A stretch of 64,000 nucleotides of DNA from Nitrososphaeria archaeon (lineage in GTDB: Archaea > Thermoproteota > Nitrososphaeria > Geothermarchaeales > JDFR-13). The translations under genes and the position numbers were made by a program. The stretch spans positions 128,001 to 192,000 of the forward strand of contig JALWXN010000004.1 in the NCBI GenBank assembly GCA_027078545.1, given 5' to 3'. The notes under the pieces were generated by a model that saw nothing but the letters and a program-made list of their open reading frames with translations, was not told where the DNA came from and ran no database searches. Positions 20,698 to 29,947 of this stretch are shown here, one piece after another (the stretch's first letter is position 1; every line of letters begins with the position of its first letter).

Positions 20698-22146
20698 GTG
20701 AGGATTGAGGAGGTAGTACGATACATCAACAGCCAGGGATACATAGTACCTACAACCGTCATAAAGAGGTTTGAAGGTGTAGAGATAGATCTTGACGAAG
20801 ACAGGATAACCCAGTTCCTCCTCGAACAGGGAAGCATCATAATTGACGAGGAGAGTATAACGTCCTTCCTAGAAAGATACGTAACCAAGACGGGAGAAAC
20901 CGAGGAGGAACTAGAGATCGATATACTCTTGGAACATGATAACACGAGGATAAATGATCCAGCGGTTTTCCAGGAACTCCTCAGGAGCAGATATGAGGAC
21001 CTGAGAAAAAGGGTCGTCAGATCCATCGGGACATCCCAGATCTATACTGCGTCATCCCTCTTCACCGACATAGCCCTAAAGAAAGATATTAAAACGGTCT
21101 ACGTAGCCGGCCTGATATACTCGAAGAGAGTCATGGAGGACAGAGTAACAATAGAGCTGGAAGATCTATCAGGCATGATAACCGCAACAGTGTACAAGAA
21201 TACAAGGCCACAGGTATACAATACGGTGGTTAGACTCCCCCTAGACAGTTTAGTTGGACTCAAACTCAGAGTTGGTAATGAGGGCCGGTTAGCAATAGAG
21301 GACGTATATTTACCCAAGACCAAGAGCCTAGGCCAGACGAGGAATGTCGATGCATACATAGCCCTTATATCTGATATTCACGTTGGAAGTAAGAAGTTCA
21401 ACGAGGAGCTCTTCCTAGAATTCATAGACATACTGAGGGGGGAGACCGACAACACAGTACTCAGGGAGATCGTGAGGAAGACCGAGGCCCTCCTAATAGC
21501 TGGAGACCTTGTCGACGGTGTAGGAGTATACCCAAACCAAGAGAAGGAGTTGGATATAGATGATCTATGGCAACAATATGAGTATGCATATAGCCTGATA
21601 TCTAAGATTCCCCGCCGGATCAGGGTCATAATCATACCAGGTAACCACGACGCAAGCAGAAACGCCCTGCCACAGCCACCAATCTTCAAAAAATTTGCTG
21701 GAAAACTCTATGAAGACACACGTGTTTACATGCTCCCAAACCCTGTAAACATAGGTTTGCAGGGTGTAAACACGTACATCTACCACGGAGACTATATCCA
21801 AGACCTATTAACATCAACGCCTACCGTGGATCTAGACGACGTGGCCTCAGCCACAAAGATAATGATCAACACAGGCCACGTAGCCACCAACCTATCGCTA
21901 AACACCAAGGTGTTCCCCACACCAAACGACACCCTAGTACTACCTCCCAATATCGACCTGCTACACTTCGGCCATACGCATAAATTCAGGATCATGAAGA
22001 TCAACGGCGTACTAGCCATAAACAGTGGGACATTCCAGGAACAGACAACGTTCCAGAAGATGATGAAGATAGAGCCCGATGTAGGGAAAGTGGCGTTCAT
22101 ACATCTAGACGGCCTGAAACCCTTGACTCTAGACCTAACCGCCTAG
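20698..22146 (+). CDS. polB: DNA polymerase D small (exonuclease) subunit DP1
   Basis: OB fold plus phosphoesterase motifs SDIHVG, AGDLVDG, PGNHD, YHGD, GHTH; start reassigned to GTG 20698 (AGGTG SD upstream) because the ORF-track start lies inside tRNA-Ser. Confidence 0.9.
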   Translation: MRIEEVVRYINSQGYIVPTTVIKRFEGVEIDLDEDRITQFLLEQGSIIIDEESITSFLERYVTKTGETEEELEIDILLEHDNTRINDPAVFQELLRSRYEDLRKRVVRSIGTSQIYTASSLFTDIALKKDIKTVYVAGLIYSKRVMEDRVTIELEDLSGMITATVYKNTRPQVYNTVVRLPLDSLVGLKLRVGNEGRLAIEDVYLPKTKSLGQTRNVDAYIALISDIHVGSKKFNEELFLEFIDILRGETDNTVLREIVRKTEALLIAGDLVDGVGVYPNQEKELDIDDLWQQYEYAYSLISKIPRRIRVIIIPGNHDASRNALPQPPIFKKFAGKLYEDTRVYMLPNPVNIGLQGVNTYIYHGDYIQDLLTSTPTVDLDDVASATKIMINTGHVATNLSLNTKVFPTPNDTLVLPPNIDLLHFGHTHKFRIMKINGVLAINSGTFQEQTTFQKMMKIEPDVGKVAFIHLDGLKPLTLDLTA

Positions 22147-22149
22147 ACG

Positions 22150-23355
22150 TTAGAGAATATCCTCGATCAATGGATCTTCGGACAACGACTTCAACAATTC
22201 CTCCCTATCAACAAGAAGCCTGACAGTGCTAACCCTCCCACCTCTACGGCCATAGTTGTAGATCCTCCTACTTACAAGACCCATAACAGCCAACTCGGAG
22301 ACGAGGCTATAGAACCTCCTATAGGAGAGTGGATCCTCCCCCACCAGTTTACACAACCCGGTATATATGCTGTATAGCTTGGAAGACTGGATATTAGTTG
22401 ATCCAGCCTTGACTAGAGACACTAGGATGATCTTGCTGTGGAAGGGAAGCGTCTTGATCACCTCGGCGGTCCTCTCCACATCAATCCTCTCATAAGCCTC
22501 CCTAACATGCTCCTCAACAACTCTATGATCACCCCGTTCCTCAGCGATCTCACCAGCAACCCTGATGATGTCGAGGGCCTTCCTAGCATCCCCATGCTCG
22601 GATGCTGAGAGGGCTGCGGCCAGCTTGATACTACCGTCCTCAACAACGTTCGGCTTGAAGGCAAGCTTAACCCTCTCCCTGATAATCACCTCAAGCTCAG
22701 AAGCGGTATAGGGTTTAAACACGATCTCCTCCTCACTAAGACTGGAGAGTACCCTAGGATCCATAAGATCCTTAAACCTAAGGTCGTTGGATATCCCGAT
22801 GATCATGTAGGGAATATCGGCACCCTCATATCCAGCCCTTGTGAAGGAGTATAGAAGCTGATCACCATACCTAGTAACCAACACGTCTATCTCATCCAGC
22901 ACTATGACTATCGGAATCCTATCCTCCCTCAGCCTCAGAAGAACCCTAGAAATACCCTCCTCAACCGATAGGCCGGTGAAGGGTAGATCAACCCCAATAT
23001 CCGAAGCGATGCTAGCGACGACCCTATACTCGGTTCCGGCCATCCTACAGTTGACATATGAGATGTAGGCCGGGATACTATTCCTCTCGAGAAAGTCTCT
23101 CAGCCGGCCCAGTACATACTTAGTAACCGCGGTCTTACCCGTACCTGGCTTACCATAGATAAAGACGTTAGAGCTCTTCTCACCACGTATTATAGGGGAG
23201 ATCAGCCTACCAAGCCTAGCAATCTCCTCATCCCTAAACGGTAGGCTACTCGGAATATAGTCGTGGAACAGGACCTTCTTGTCACGGAATATCGGGCTCT
23301 CAGACACCGCCCGCTCAAAGATCTTGTCAAGAAAATCATCCGACACACCTCCCAC
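22150..23355 (-). CDS. cdc6: Orc1/Cdc6 replication initiator
   Basis: GKPGTGKT, YVNC, LDEID, RVLSSL, FKPY, HGDARKA, C-terminal wHTH. Confidence 0.95.
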   Translation of the reverse strand: MGGVSDDFLDKIFERAVSESPIFRDKKVLFHDYIPSSLPFRDEEIARLGRLISPIIRGEKSSNVFIYGKPGTGKTAVTKYVLGRLRDFLERNSIPAYISYVNCRMAGTEYRVVASIASDIGVDLPFTGLSVEEGISRVLLRLREDRIPIVIVLDEIDVLVTRYGDQLLYSFTRAGYEGADIPYMIIGISNDLRFKDLMDPRVLSSLSEEEIVFKPYTASELEVIIRERVKLAFKPNVVEDGSIKLAAALSASEHGDARKALDIIRVAGEIAEERGDHRVVEEHVREAYERIDVERTAEVIKTLPFHSKIILVSLVKAGSTNIQSSKLYSIYTGLCKLVGEDPLSYRRFYSLVSELAVMGLVSRRIYNYGRRGGRVSTVRLLVDREELLKSLSEDPLIEDIL

Positions 23356-23359
23356 CTAG

Positions 23360-23675
23360 TCAATTCAAGTGTTTCAAATGTTCTTTACTCTTCTGTGACT
23401 AGTGAGCACATAGGGTTAGATACATACTATGAACATCACTCTAGAACTTCATCCGCTTTTCCTACGTTCAGTATATGAAATATCATACTGAAACAGATGA
23501 AACCAAGGGGTGGGGAGTTTCACATGTTTCGCAGCTTTTCACAGGAAAGGCCTAAACCCCTCTGTTTCAAGTGAAACCTGTGAATAGCTATCAAGATTCC
23601 TCCAGGAATGTAACCCTTTAGGAGGCTTGCCTAACACAAGCTTTATCACTTCACAGATCTACACTATATACAGTC
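23360..23675. other. Putative replication origin (oriC) with inverted ORB elements
   Basis: Non-coding gap upstream of cdc6; ORB on minus strand GTTTCACTTGAAACAGAGGGG (23557-23577), ORB-like AACAGATGAAACCAAGGGG (23492-23510), mini-ORB TTTTCACAGGAAA near 23536-23548. Confidence 0.78.
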
Positions 23676-24083
23676 ATGAAGCGAAAAGTGAAGATCGAGG
23701 TCGAGGCCGACGATGGTACGAAGATCAGGATAGAGGTTCCCAACAATGATCCTGAGAAGATATACATGTATCTCAAGGCCCTCAACATGATAACCGGTGG
23801 TAAGGATCTCCAAGAGGCCGGATCTGAAAAGGCCGGATCCAGGGAAGCCACCCTCATTGTAGACAGGGTACGCGAGATAATCCTATCTGAATTCGGTATG
23901 AGCACCTTCACCTTACATGATCTCTACAAGATTTACGAGATGAAGTATGGTGAGTCTATCCCGAAGTCGACACTATCGACATATCTATCGCGCTTTGTAG
24001 ATGATGGGTTGATAGAGAGGATCGGTAGAAGAGGGAGCTACAGGTATAGGGTAGCATCACCCGCTTTGTTCCATACCCAATAA
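23676..24083 (+). CDS. Winged-helix DNA-binding protein adjacent to oriC
   Basis: FTLHDLYKIYEMKYGESIPKSTLSTYLSRFVDDGLIERIGRRGSYRY. Confidence 0.8.
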   Translation: MKRKVKIEVEADDGTKIRIEVPNNDPEKIYMYLKALNMITGGKDLQEAGSEKAGSREATLIVDRVREIILSEFGMSTFTLHDLYKIYEMKYGESIPKSTLSTYLSRFVDDGLIERIGRRGSYRYRVASPALFHTQ

Positions 24084-24656
24084 CTCTCTTATCTCGTCAA
24101 TCCTGTCAGGGTTGACACGATATCTATAGGGCTTGGATGTCTCAATCCTAACAACGTATCCCTTACTATACAGCATCTTGAGGACACGGGAAATATGCTC
24201 CCTAGACTTTCCTAGACTTGAACTCAGCTCCGATGATGTAGCCTCACCCCTATCCATTAGGAGTGATAAGACCTCTACCTCTGCCCTGGATAGTGCTGCC
24301 GATCTCCTAGGCCTCCTCTCCATAGCCTCAGTAGGTCGCATACTACTGGGAACTGGTACTGGTTCAGGTGTAGCCTCACGAGCAGTAGATACTATGGATT
24401 CCTTGCCTTCTGATCCTACTCTCCTCTCGTTGGAAAGTTTGGCCTCTAGTAGTGAGACTCTACTCTTAACAGTCTTCAGATCCTCCCTGAGTCTGGATAT
24501 GCTTTGTTGGAGAGAATAGATCTCGGAGTAGCTAAGGCCTTCGATATGCTTCCTTGTATCTGATATTATCCTCATCATCATGATGATGACTAGTGACGTA
24601 GAGATGACAAACACTGTAAGCGCTATATCCATGAGTGATATCATGACAATATACAT
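24057..24656 (-). CDS. Membrane-anchored coiled-coil / winged-helix (MarR/TrmB-like) protein
   Basis: N-terminal TM helix, short coiled coil, low-complexity linker, LSRAEVEVL...SREHISRVLKMLYSKGYVVR...KPYRY. Confidence 0.8.
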   Translation of the reverse strand: MYIVMISLMDIALTVFVISTSLVIIMMMRIISDTRKHIEGLSYSEIYSLQQSISRLREDLKTVKSRVSLLEAKLSNERRVGSEGKESIVSTAREATPEPVPVPSSMRPTEAMERRPRRSAALSRAEVEVLSLLMDRGEATSSELSSSLGKSREHISRVLKMLYSKGYVVRIETSKPYRYRVNPDRIDEIRELLGMEQSG

Positions 24657-24938
24657 TTTGTGACGTCATCATTATAAACAGTGATGCGGCTCCTCAATAC
24701 GGAAATAATAAGATGTGGACCTGGATCACTAGACCAGCAAAAAGATCCGCATGTCTATATTCTCTCGCGACTATTCAAAGCTCTTCCTGAGATGCTCTCT
24801 GATGATCCTAAATAGGTGCTCAGGATCGATATCCTCATCTAAGAGTGATGTGATGCGTTGTATGATCGCTATGATGTCATCAAGTGATATCACATCACAT
24901 GCCACGAGTAGGGATAGTGTCATCATGGATTTCGTCAC
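24574..24938. repeat. Cluster of RTGAY/RTCAY half-sites and RTGAYRTCAY palindromes
   Basis: 27 half-sites counted by hand in 365 bp; palindromes at 24635, 24660, 24871, 24884. Confidence 0.8.
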
Positions 24939-25115
24939 ATTGTCGATTCCCTGATTCCTAACCCTATGGAACGTCCCTCGCTTCACCTTTTTACCGAGGA
25001 TTTGATAGGTCTTGCTTTGTCTCTGCACCGTTAGTGTGTAGAGTTGTCTCGATGTTATGCTGCTTATCCTGTCTATTTTTTTACCTAGTCGTGTAAATTT
25101 GCAGGCCTCCGACAT
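24771..25115 (-). CDS. Small HTH-like (Tfx/sigma-r4-like) protein
   Basis: ITSRQLYTL and VKRGTFHRVRNQGIDNV pattern; G-rich SD upstream of ATG 25115. Confidence 0.55.
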   Translation of the reverse strand: MSEACKFTRLGKKIDRISSITSRQLYTLTVQRQSKTYQILGKKVKRGTFHRVRNQGIDNVTKSMMTLSLLVACDVISLDDIIAIIQRITSLLDEDIDPEHLFRIIREHLRKSFE

Positions 25116-25206
25116 ATGCTTTAGCCCCCCTTCTATTGTAATACAGAATTGTCTACGGGGGAAGATTATATACATTGAGTATGGAATAATTGATTAGGTG
25201 TAGTTG

Positions 25207-25458
25207 ATGGGTCGTAGAAGGAGGAAGAAGGTTGTTAAGATCTACAAACCTAAGATCCCTAAAATATTCACATGCCCAATATGCGGAGCTACCGCTCTGA
25301 ATATAACAATAGATAAGAAAAGTAGGAAAGCAGTAGCCAAATGTGCCGAGTGCGGTCTTCTATGGGAGACAGAAGTAAAGGAGTATGAGGAGAAGATAGA
25401 CATTTATCACAGGCTCTTCGACGAATACATTGATGCCGGGGGAGCTGAGGAGACGTGA
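25207..25458 (+). CDS. elf1: Transcription elongation factor Elf1
   Basis: MGRRRRKK, FTCPIC...CAEC, IDIYHRLFD. Confidence 0.88.
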   Translation: MGRRRRKKVVKIYKPKIPKIFTCPICGATALNITIDKKSRKAVAKCAECGLLWETEVKEYEEKIDIYHRLFDEYIDAGGAEET

Positions 25459-26246
25459 AGATTGGGCCTACTGAAAAGTATCTATGGAGTGAGATCGAGT
25501 CTAAAGGATCGATACATCTGAGCCTTCTCGACCCTGAGGAGTTTCAGGATCGTGAAAAGCTTATTGAAACGGTCTCTATAGCCGAAGAAGCAGGTACCTC
25601 TGGCTTCATGATAGGAGGCTCTACAGTCTTCGATCAGAGCCTCGTTGATCGTGTTGTCATGATGATAAAGGAGGTGACGTCACTACCCGTCATATTGTTT
25701 CCAAATGACATCACAGGATTGTCACGTCATGCAGATGCCTTGTGGTTCATGTCGTTGCTAAACAGCATCAATCCCTACTTCATAACAGGGGTTCAGATGA
25801 GGGCCGCCTTCCTTGTGAAGGCTATGGGTCTAGAGGCCATCCCAATGGCATACCTGATTGTGGGTGAGGGCAAGACGGCGGGATACATGGGATATGCCCA
25901 TAACATACCCTTAGATGAGCCTAAGATCGCGGCTGCCTATGCATTGGCCGCCAGATACATGGGGTTTAGATTCGTCTATCTCGAGGCCGGCTCGGGAGCG
26001 GGGAACAGAGTAGACACTAGGGTTATTAGGATAATCAAGAAGGCCGTCGACGAAATCGGACTCGTAGTAGGGGGAGGCATAAAAACCTATGAGGATGCCT
26101 TCGACGTAGCTAGTTCCGGTGCAGATATCGTTGTTACGGGGAATATCCTGGAGGTGGATCCCAAGAGGATCTTCGACATCGTTAGAGGGGTAAGAGAGGG
26201 TGGAAAAGAGAAGCTTAGAACCCTTCATCGAAAAGCTCAGGACTAA
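25455..26246 (+). CDS. Geranylgeranylglyceryl phosphate synthase
   Basis: LLDPE, IGGS, PVILFP, SLLNS, YLEAGSGA, VGGGIK. Confidence 0.93.
   Translation: MKIGPTEKYLWSEIESKGSIHLSLLDPEEFQDREKLIETVSIAEEAGTSGFMIGGSTVFDQSLVDRVVMMIKEVTSLPVILFPNDITGLSRHADALWFMSLLNSINPYFITGVQMRAAFLVKAMGLEAIPMAYLIVGEGKTAGYMGYAHNIPLDEPKIAAAYALAARYMGFRFVYLEAGSGAGNRVDTRVIRIIKKAVDEIGLVVGGGIKTYEDAFDVASSGADIVVTGNILEVDPKRIFDIVRGVREGGKEKLRTLHRKAQD
25656..25730. repeat. Second RTGAY cluster inside the GGGPS coding sequence
   Basis: 10 half-sites in 75 bp, including GTGACGTCAC (25674-25683) and ATGACATCAC (25705-25714). Confidence 0.7.
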
Positions 26247-29200
26247 GGATCTGGATCCAACACTTCAGAGCTATTTCCAATCCATTATAAATGAGGTTCT
26301 TAGACAATACGATCTCGCTAATAAGCTGCGATCACAGGGTTCTGACCACGTACCTCATGTGGAGACTGAGCTTATCTGGGATATGGCTGAACGTGTTGAG
26401 AAGCTTATAGGCATAGATGGGATAGCCGAGTTTATCAGGTCCAATAAGGACTTATCAAGGGAGAGACTGGCGATTAAGGCCATAGACAAGCTTATAGACG
26501 GTGAGTTCGGAGATTACGAGCTAGGTAGACTCGTGGATCTAGGTGTTAGACTTCCCCTAGCCATCCTAACCGAGGGTATGACTGTAGCCCCTCTAGACGG
26601 GATAAAGAAGGTGGTGATTAAGAGGGGGCCTTTCGGAAACTATCTCTCCATATATTACGCAGGCCCGATAAGATCAGCCGGTGGTACTGAGACCGGTCTA
26701 TCAATAGTTTTGGCGGACTATCTTAGGAGGAGGCTGGGCCTAGAGAAATATTATCCAACAAAGATGGAGATCCATCGTTTCATCGAGGAGCTAAGGCTAT
26801 ATGAGAGGAATGTAGCTAGGTTCCAGTACCACCTGACGGATGAGATGCTGTTCTACATCCTTAGCAATCTACCTGTAGAGGTTACGGGCGTACCTACTGA
26901 TAACATCGAGGTGCTTGTGTATAGGGACATCCCCTCGATAGAGACTAATAGGGTTCGTGGGGGAGCGCTCAGGGTAGTTAATGATGGGATCGGGGGTAAG
27001 GCTAAGAAGCTTCTAAAGATCATCGATGAACTGGGTCTTGAGGGCTGGGAGTGGCTGGAGGAGGTTGCTAAGGGTGTGGCTGGCCAGGGTAAGGGTGACG
27101 AGGAGGAGGACAAGGTGCTTAATGATCTCGTCATAGGTAGGCCGGTCATCTCCCTCAAGTCTAGCACACACGGCCTACGTCTAAGGCTGGGGAGACTGCC
27201 CAATACAGGGATCTCAGCCGTAGCTGTCCATCCGGCCGTCTTCTCCGTATTAAGATACTTTATAGTCCCAGGGTCTCAGCTTAAACTGAACATCCCTGGT
27301 AAGGGAGGAATAGTAGTCCCGTCAAGAATAGCAATGCCACCAATAGTTGAGCTAGATAACGGTGATGTAGTCGAGGTAGAGACGGAGGAGATTGGTGAGG
27401 AGCTCTCCCAGAGGATAAAGAGGATCCTTTTCCTAGGAGACATAATCGTCTCCTATGGAGATTTCCTGGAGAACAACCAGCCGATACCTCCGCTACACTA
27501 TACCCCTGAGTGGTGGATAGGCGAGCTGGAGGAGGCCACGGGGAGGAGATATGACACGCAACTCCCTTATCAATTATCATATGGAGAGAGTTTTGAACTC
27601 TCCGAGAGGTATGGGATTCCCCTCAACCCCTACTATGTACCCTCCTTTGAATACCTAAATGTGGATGAAACTGAGAGTCTCGTCTCCCAATTGAGCGATG
27701 GATATGTTAAGCATGGAGAGGGCGAGCTAATAGTCAGTGGCTCTAGGGAGCTATCCCACCTACTTAAAAAGGCTAGGATCCCCTTCCGACGGAAGGGTGA
27801 GCTTATCGAGATCCGGCATAGATACTCCTACATCCTACATGACTTGATAAGGGGCTATAGGAGCCAGAGGTTGTATAAGCCTAGATTCACCAATTCCTCC
27901 GACGTAGTCTCATTCTACCTAGGCGTTAGGGTTAGGTGCCTAAGAGGGACCTATGTATCGGCTAGGCTAGGTAGGCCGGAGAAAGCTAAGATGCGGAAGA
28001 TGAACCCACCGGTACACGCCCTCTTCCCCATAGGAAGCTATGGGGGTGACCAGAGGAACATCGTCAAGGCATACAAGCAGAACGAAATAGTTGTAGTCCA
28101 GCTATCCATCCTCTACTGTGAGACCTGTGGGAAGTACACATATAGGAACAGGTGTGAGACATGTGGATCCAGGACTGTCCAGGCCTACTACTGCTACAAC
28201 TGTAAAGTAGACACCCGATCCGAGAGTTGTCCCAAATGTGGGAGAGAGACGAGGCCATACAAGAACTGGTCCATCAACCTTAGAGATCTTGTCAGGGAGA
28301 TTAGGGAGAGACATGGCCTAAGGATCCCATCCAAAGTAAAGGGTGTAAAATCACTCCTAAGCGGATATCGGAGATATGAGGAGCTATCCAAGGGAGTACT
28401 GAGGGCTAAACATGGCTTATCAGTATTTAAGGACGGTACATGTAGAATAGATATCACTAACGCTCCTCTCACAAGTGTCTCTCTCAGGGACATAGGGATA
28501 GATGTGGATAAGGCAAGAGAATTGGGATACCAGGTCGACAGTATAGACGATGTTATAGACTTGATGCCTATGGACATACTGATCCCCGAGTCGATAGTCC
28601 CAGACCTCATCAACATGTGCAGTTTTATAGACGAGGAGATAGTGAAGCTGTATGGCGGTGAGCCTATCTACCGGGTGAGGGATAAGACAGACCTCATCGG
28701 CAAGTTGGTCGTCGGCCTCTCCCCACATACCTCCTCAGGAGTTATAGGCAGGATAATCGGCTTCACCAAGGCCAACGTCCTATATGCCCATCCACTCTGG
28801 CACGCTGCTAAGCGGCGTGACTGCGATGGGGATCAAGACGCAATTATGCTGCTTATGGACGTCCTACTAAACTTTAGTAGAGAGTACCTACCCTCCTCAT
28901 CTGGAGGCCGGATGGATGCCCCCCTCTTCGTCTCCGTAGTTGTACATCCGGAGGAAGTTGATACACAGGTCCATAACCTAGACGTCGTTGATAGATACCC
29001 ATTGGTCCTATACGAGAAGTCATTGGAGAACGTGTCGCCTAAGTTGCTTAGAGAATATATCGCTGTGGTTGAGGACTTCCTTGGAGAATCGAAGGCCTAT
29101 TATGGCTATGGAGCCCTGGATAGGGCGCCTATCCTATCTACAATAAAGAATGTCAACATGTATTCCAAGCTCAAGAGCATAGAGGCTAAGCTGGATAACC

Positions 29201-29610
29201 AGCTTAAAATAATGGAGAGGATCTTTGAGGGCGACGACAAGGCCCTCATCGTTGAAAACCTGCTTAAGAACCACGTGCTGAGGGATATAATGGGTAACCT
29301 GAGGAGCTTCTACCACCAGAGCTTTAAATGCTCCTCCTGCGGAGCCACATACCGTAGAACCCTGCTCAAGGGGACATGCATAAAGTGTGGCGGAAACCTT
29401 AGGCCGACAGTCCACACTAAAAGCGTGGTTAAATATCTGCCCCTCGCCAAGAAGCTGTCTAGCTATGTGAGGAGCCGCTACATCTTGTCCTATATCTCCC
29501 TTATTGACTCTATACTGGCTTCAACGTTTGAGCTGGATACACCGCTTGGTACCAGTATTTTCGACTATGTTGAGAGGGACGCTACTCAACAAGATAGAAC
29601 TGATCAGTGA
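26200..29610 (+). CDS. polC: DNA polymerase D large subunit DP2
   Basis: LAILTEG, YAGPIRSAGGT, RVRGG, RLGRPEK, Zn fingers, FKDGT, HAAKRRDCDGD, GGRMDAP; no intein seen. Confidence 0.95.
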   Translation: MEKRSLEPFIEKLRTKDLDPTLQSYFQSIINEVLRQYDLANKLRSQGSDHVPHVETELIWDMAERVEKLIGIDGIAEFIRSNKDLSRERLAIKAIDKLIDGEFGDYELGRLVDLGVRLPLAILTEGMTVAPLDGIKKVVIKRGPFGNYLSIYYAGPIRSAGGTETGLSIVLADYLRRRLGLEKYYPTKMEIHRFIEELRLYERNVARFQYHLTDEMLFYILSNLPVEVTGVPTDNIEVLVYRDIPSIETNRVRGGALRVVNDGIGGKAKKLLKIIDELGLEGWEWLEEVAKGVAGQGKGDEEEDKVLNDLVIGRPVISLKSSTHGLRLRLGRLPNTGISAVAVHPAVFSVLRYFIVPGSQLKLNIPGKGGIVVPSRIAMPPIVELDNGDVVEVETEEIGEELSQRIKRILFLGDIIVSYGDFLENNQPIPPLHYTPEWWIGELEEATGRRYDTQLPYQLSYGESFELSERYGIPLNPYYVPSFEYLNVDETESLVSQLSDGYVKHGEGELIVSGSRELSHLLKKARIPFRRKGELIEIRHRYSYILHDLIRGYRSQRLYKPRFTNSSDVVSFYLGVRVRCLRGTYVSARLGRPEKAKMRKMNPPVHALFPIGSYGGDQRNIVKAYKQNEIVVVQLSILYCETCGKYTYRNRCETCGSRTVQAYYCYNCKVDTRSESCPKCGRETRPYKNWSINLRDLVREIRERHGLRIPSKVKGVKSLLSGYRRYEELSKGVLRAKHGLSVFKDGTCRIDITNAPLTSVSLRDIGIDVDKARELGYQVDSIDDVIDLMPMDILIPESIVPDLINMCSFIDEEIVKLYGGEPIYRVRDKTDLIGKLVVGLSPHTSSGVIGRIIGFTKANVLYAHPLWHAAKRRDCDGDQDAIMLLMDVLLNFSREYLPSSSGGRMDAPLFVSVVVHPEEVDTQVHNLDVVDRYPLVLYEKSLENVSPKLLREYIAVVEDFLGESKAYYGYGALDRAPILSTIKNVNMYSKLKSIEAKLDNQLKIMERIFEGDDKALIVENLLKNHVLRDIMGNLRSFYHQSFKCSSCGATYRRTLLKGTCIKCGGNLRPTVHTKSVVKYLPLAKKLSSYVRSRYILSYISLIDSILASTFELDTPLGTSIFDYVERDATQQDRTDQ

Positions 29611-29947
29611 TGTCCACGAATTTGATGGCCCCGTCCTGGAAGACAAGTTTATAGACGTTGTTAACATTGAAGTTTATGCCGAGGGCCTTCTCCTCCTCGG
29701 GTAAGAGGAAGAGGACCATCTTTAGATTCCTAACCTGTTGGAAGGGCATCACCACCCCCATGTTTCTAAGCTGGTTGACCATCTCCCTAACCATCCTAAC
29801 CTCGGGCGACTGATACCCCTGCTCCTGCCTAGTCTCTATAATGGAGAACTCTATCCTCTTCCCCCTCCCACCGCCTCTATTGTCGACGTAGGACTCTATC
29901 CTGGTTACTACTACATAGGTCTCTTTATCCATTTGTCTCGCCACCAT
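29582..29947 (-). CDS. Arcadin-1-like protein
   Basis: GKRIEF, Q/P-rich linker, KMVLFLLPEEEKAL pattern resembling the arcadin-1 family (from memory). Confidence 0.6.
   Translation of the reverse strand: MVARQMDKETYVVVTRIESYVDNRGGGRGKRIEFSIIETRQEQGYQSPEVRMVREMVNQLRNMGVVMPFQQVRNLKMVLFLLPEEEKALGINFNVNNVYKLVFQDGAIKFVDITDQFYLVE

Noticed and set aside
24574-24938. CRISPR array or C/D sRNA explanation for the TGATGA-rich stretch
   Set aside because: No 24-40 nt repeats with regular spacers and no cas genes; motifs occur on both strands as palindromes, unlike oriented C/D boxes
26200-29610. Intein in DP2 (also checked Cdc6 and Hef)
   Set aside because: Lengths are normal and no intein splice-junction or LAGLIDADG blocks are evident
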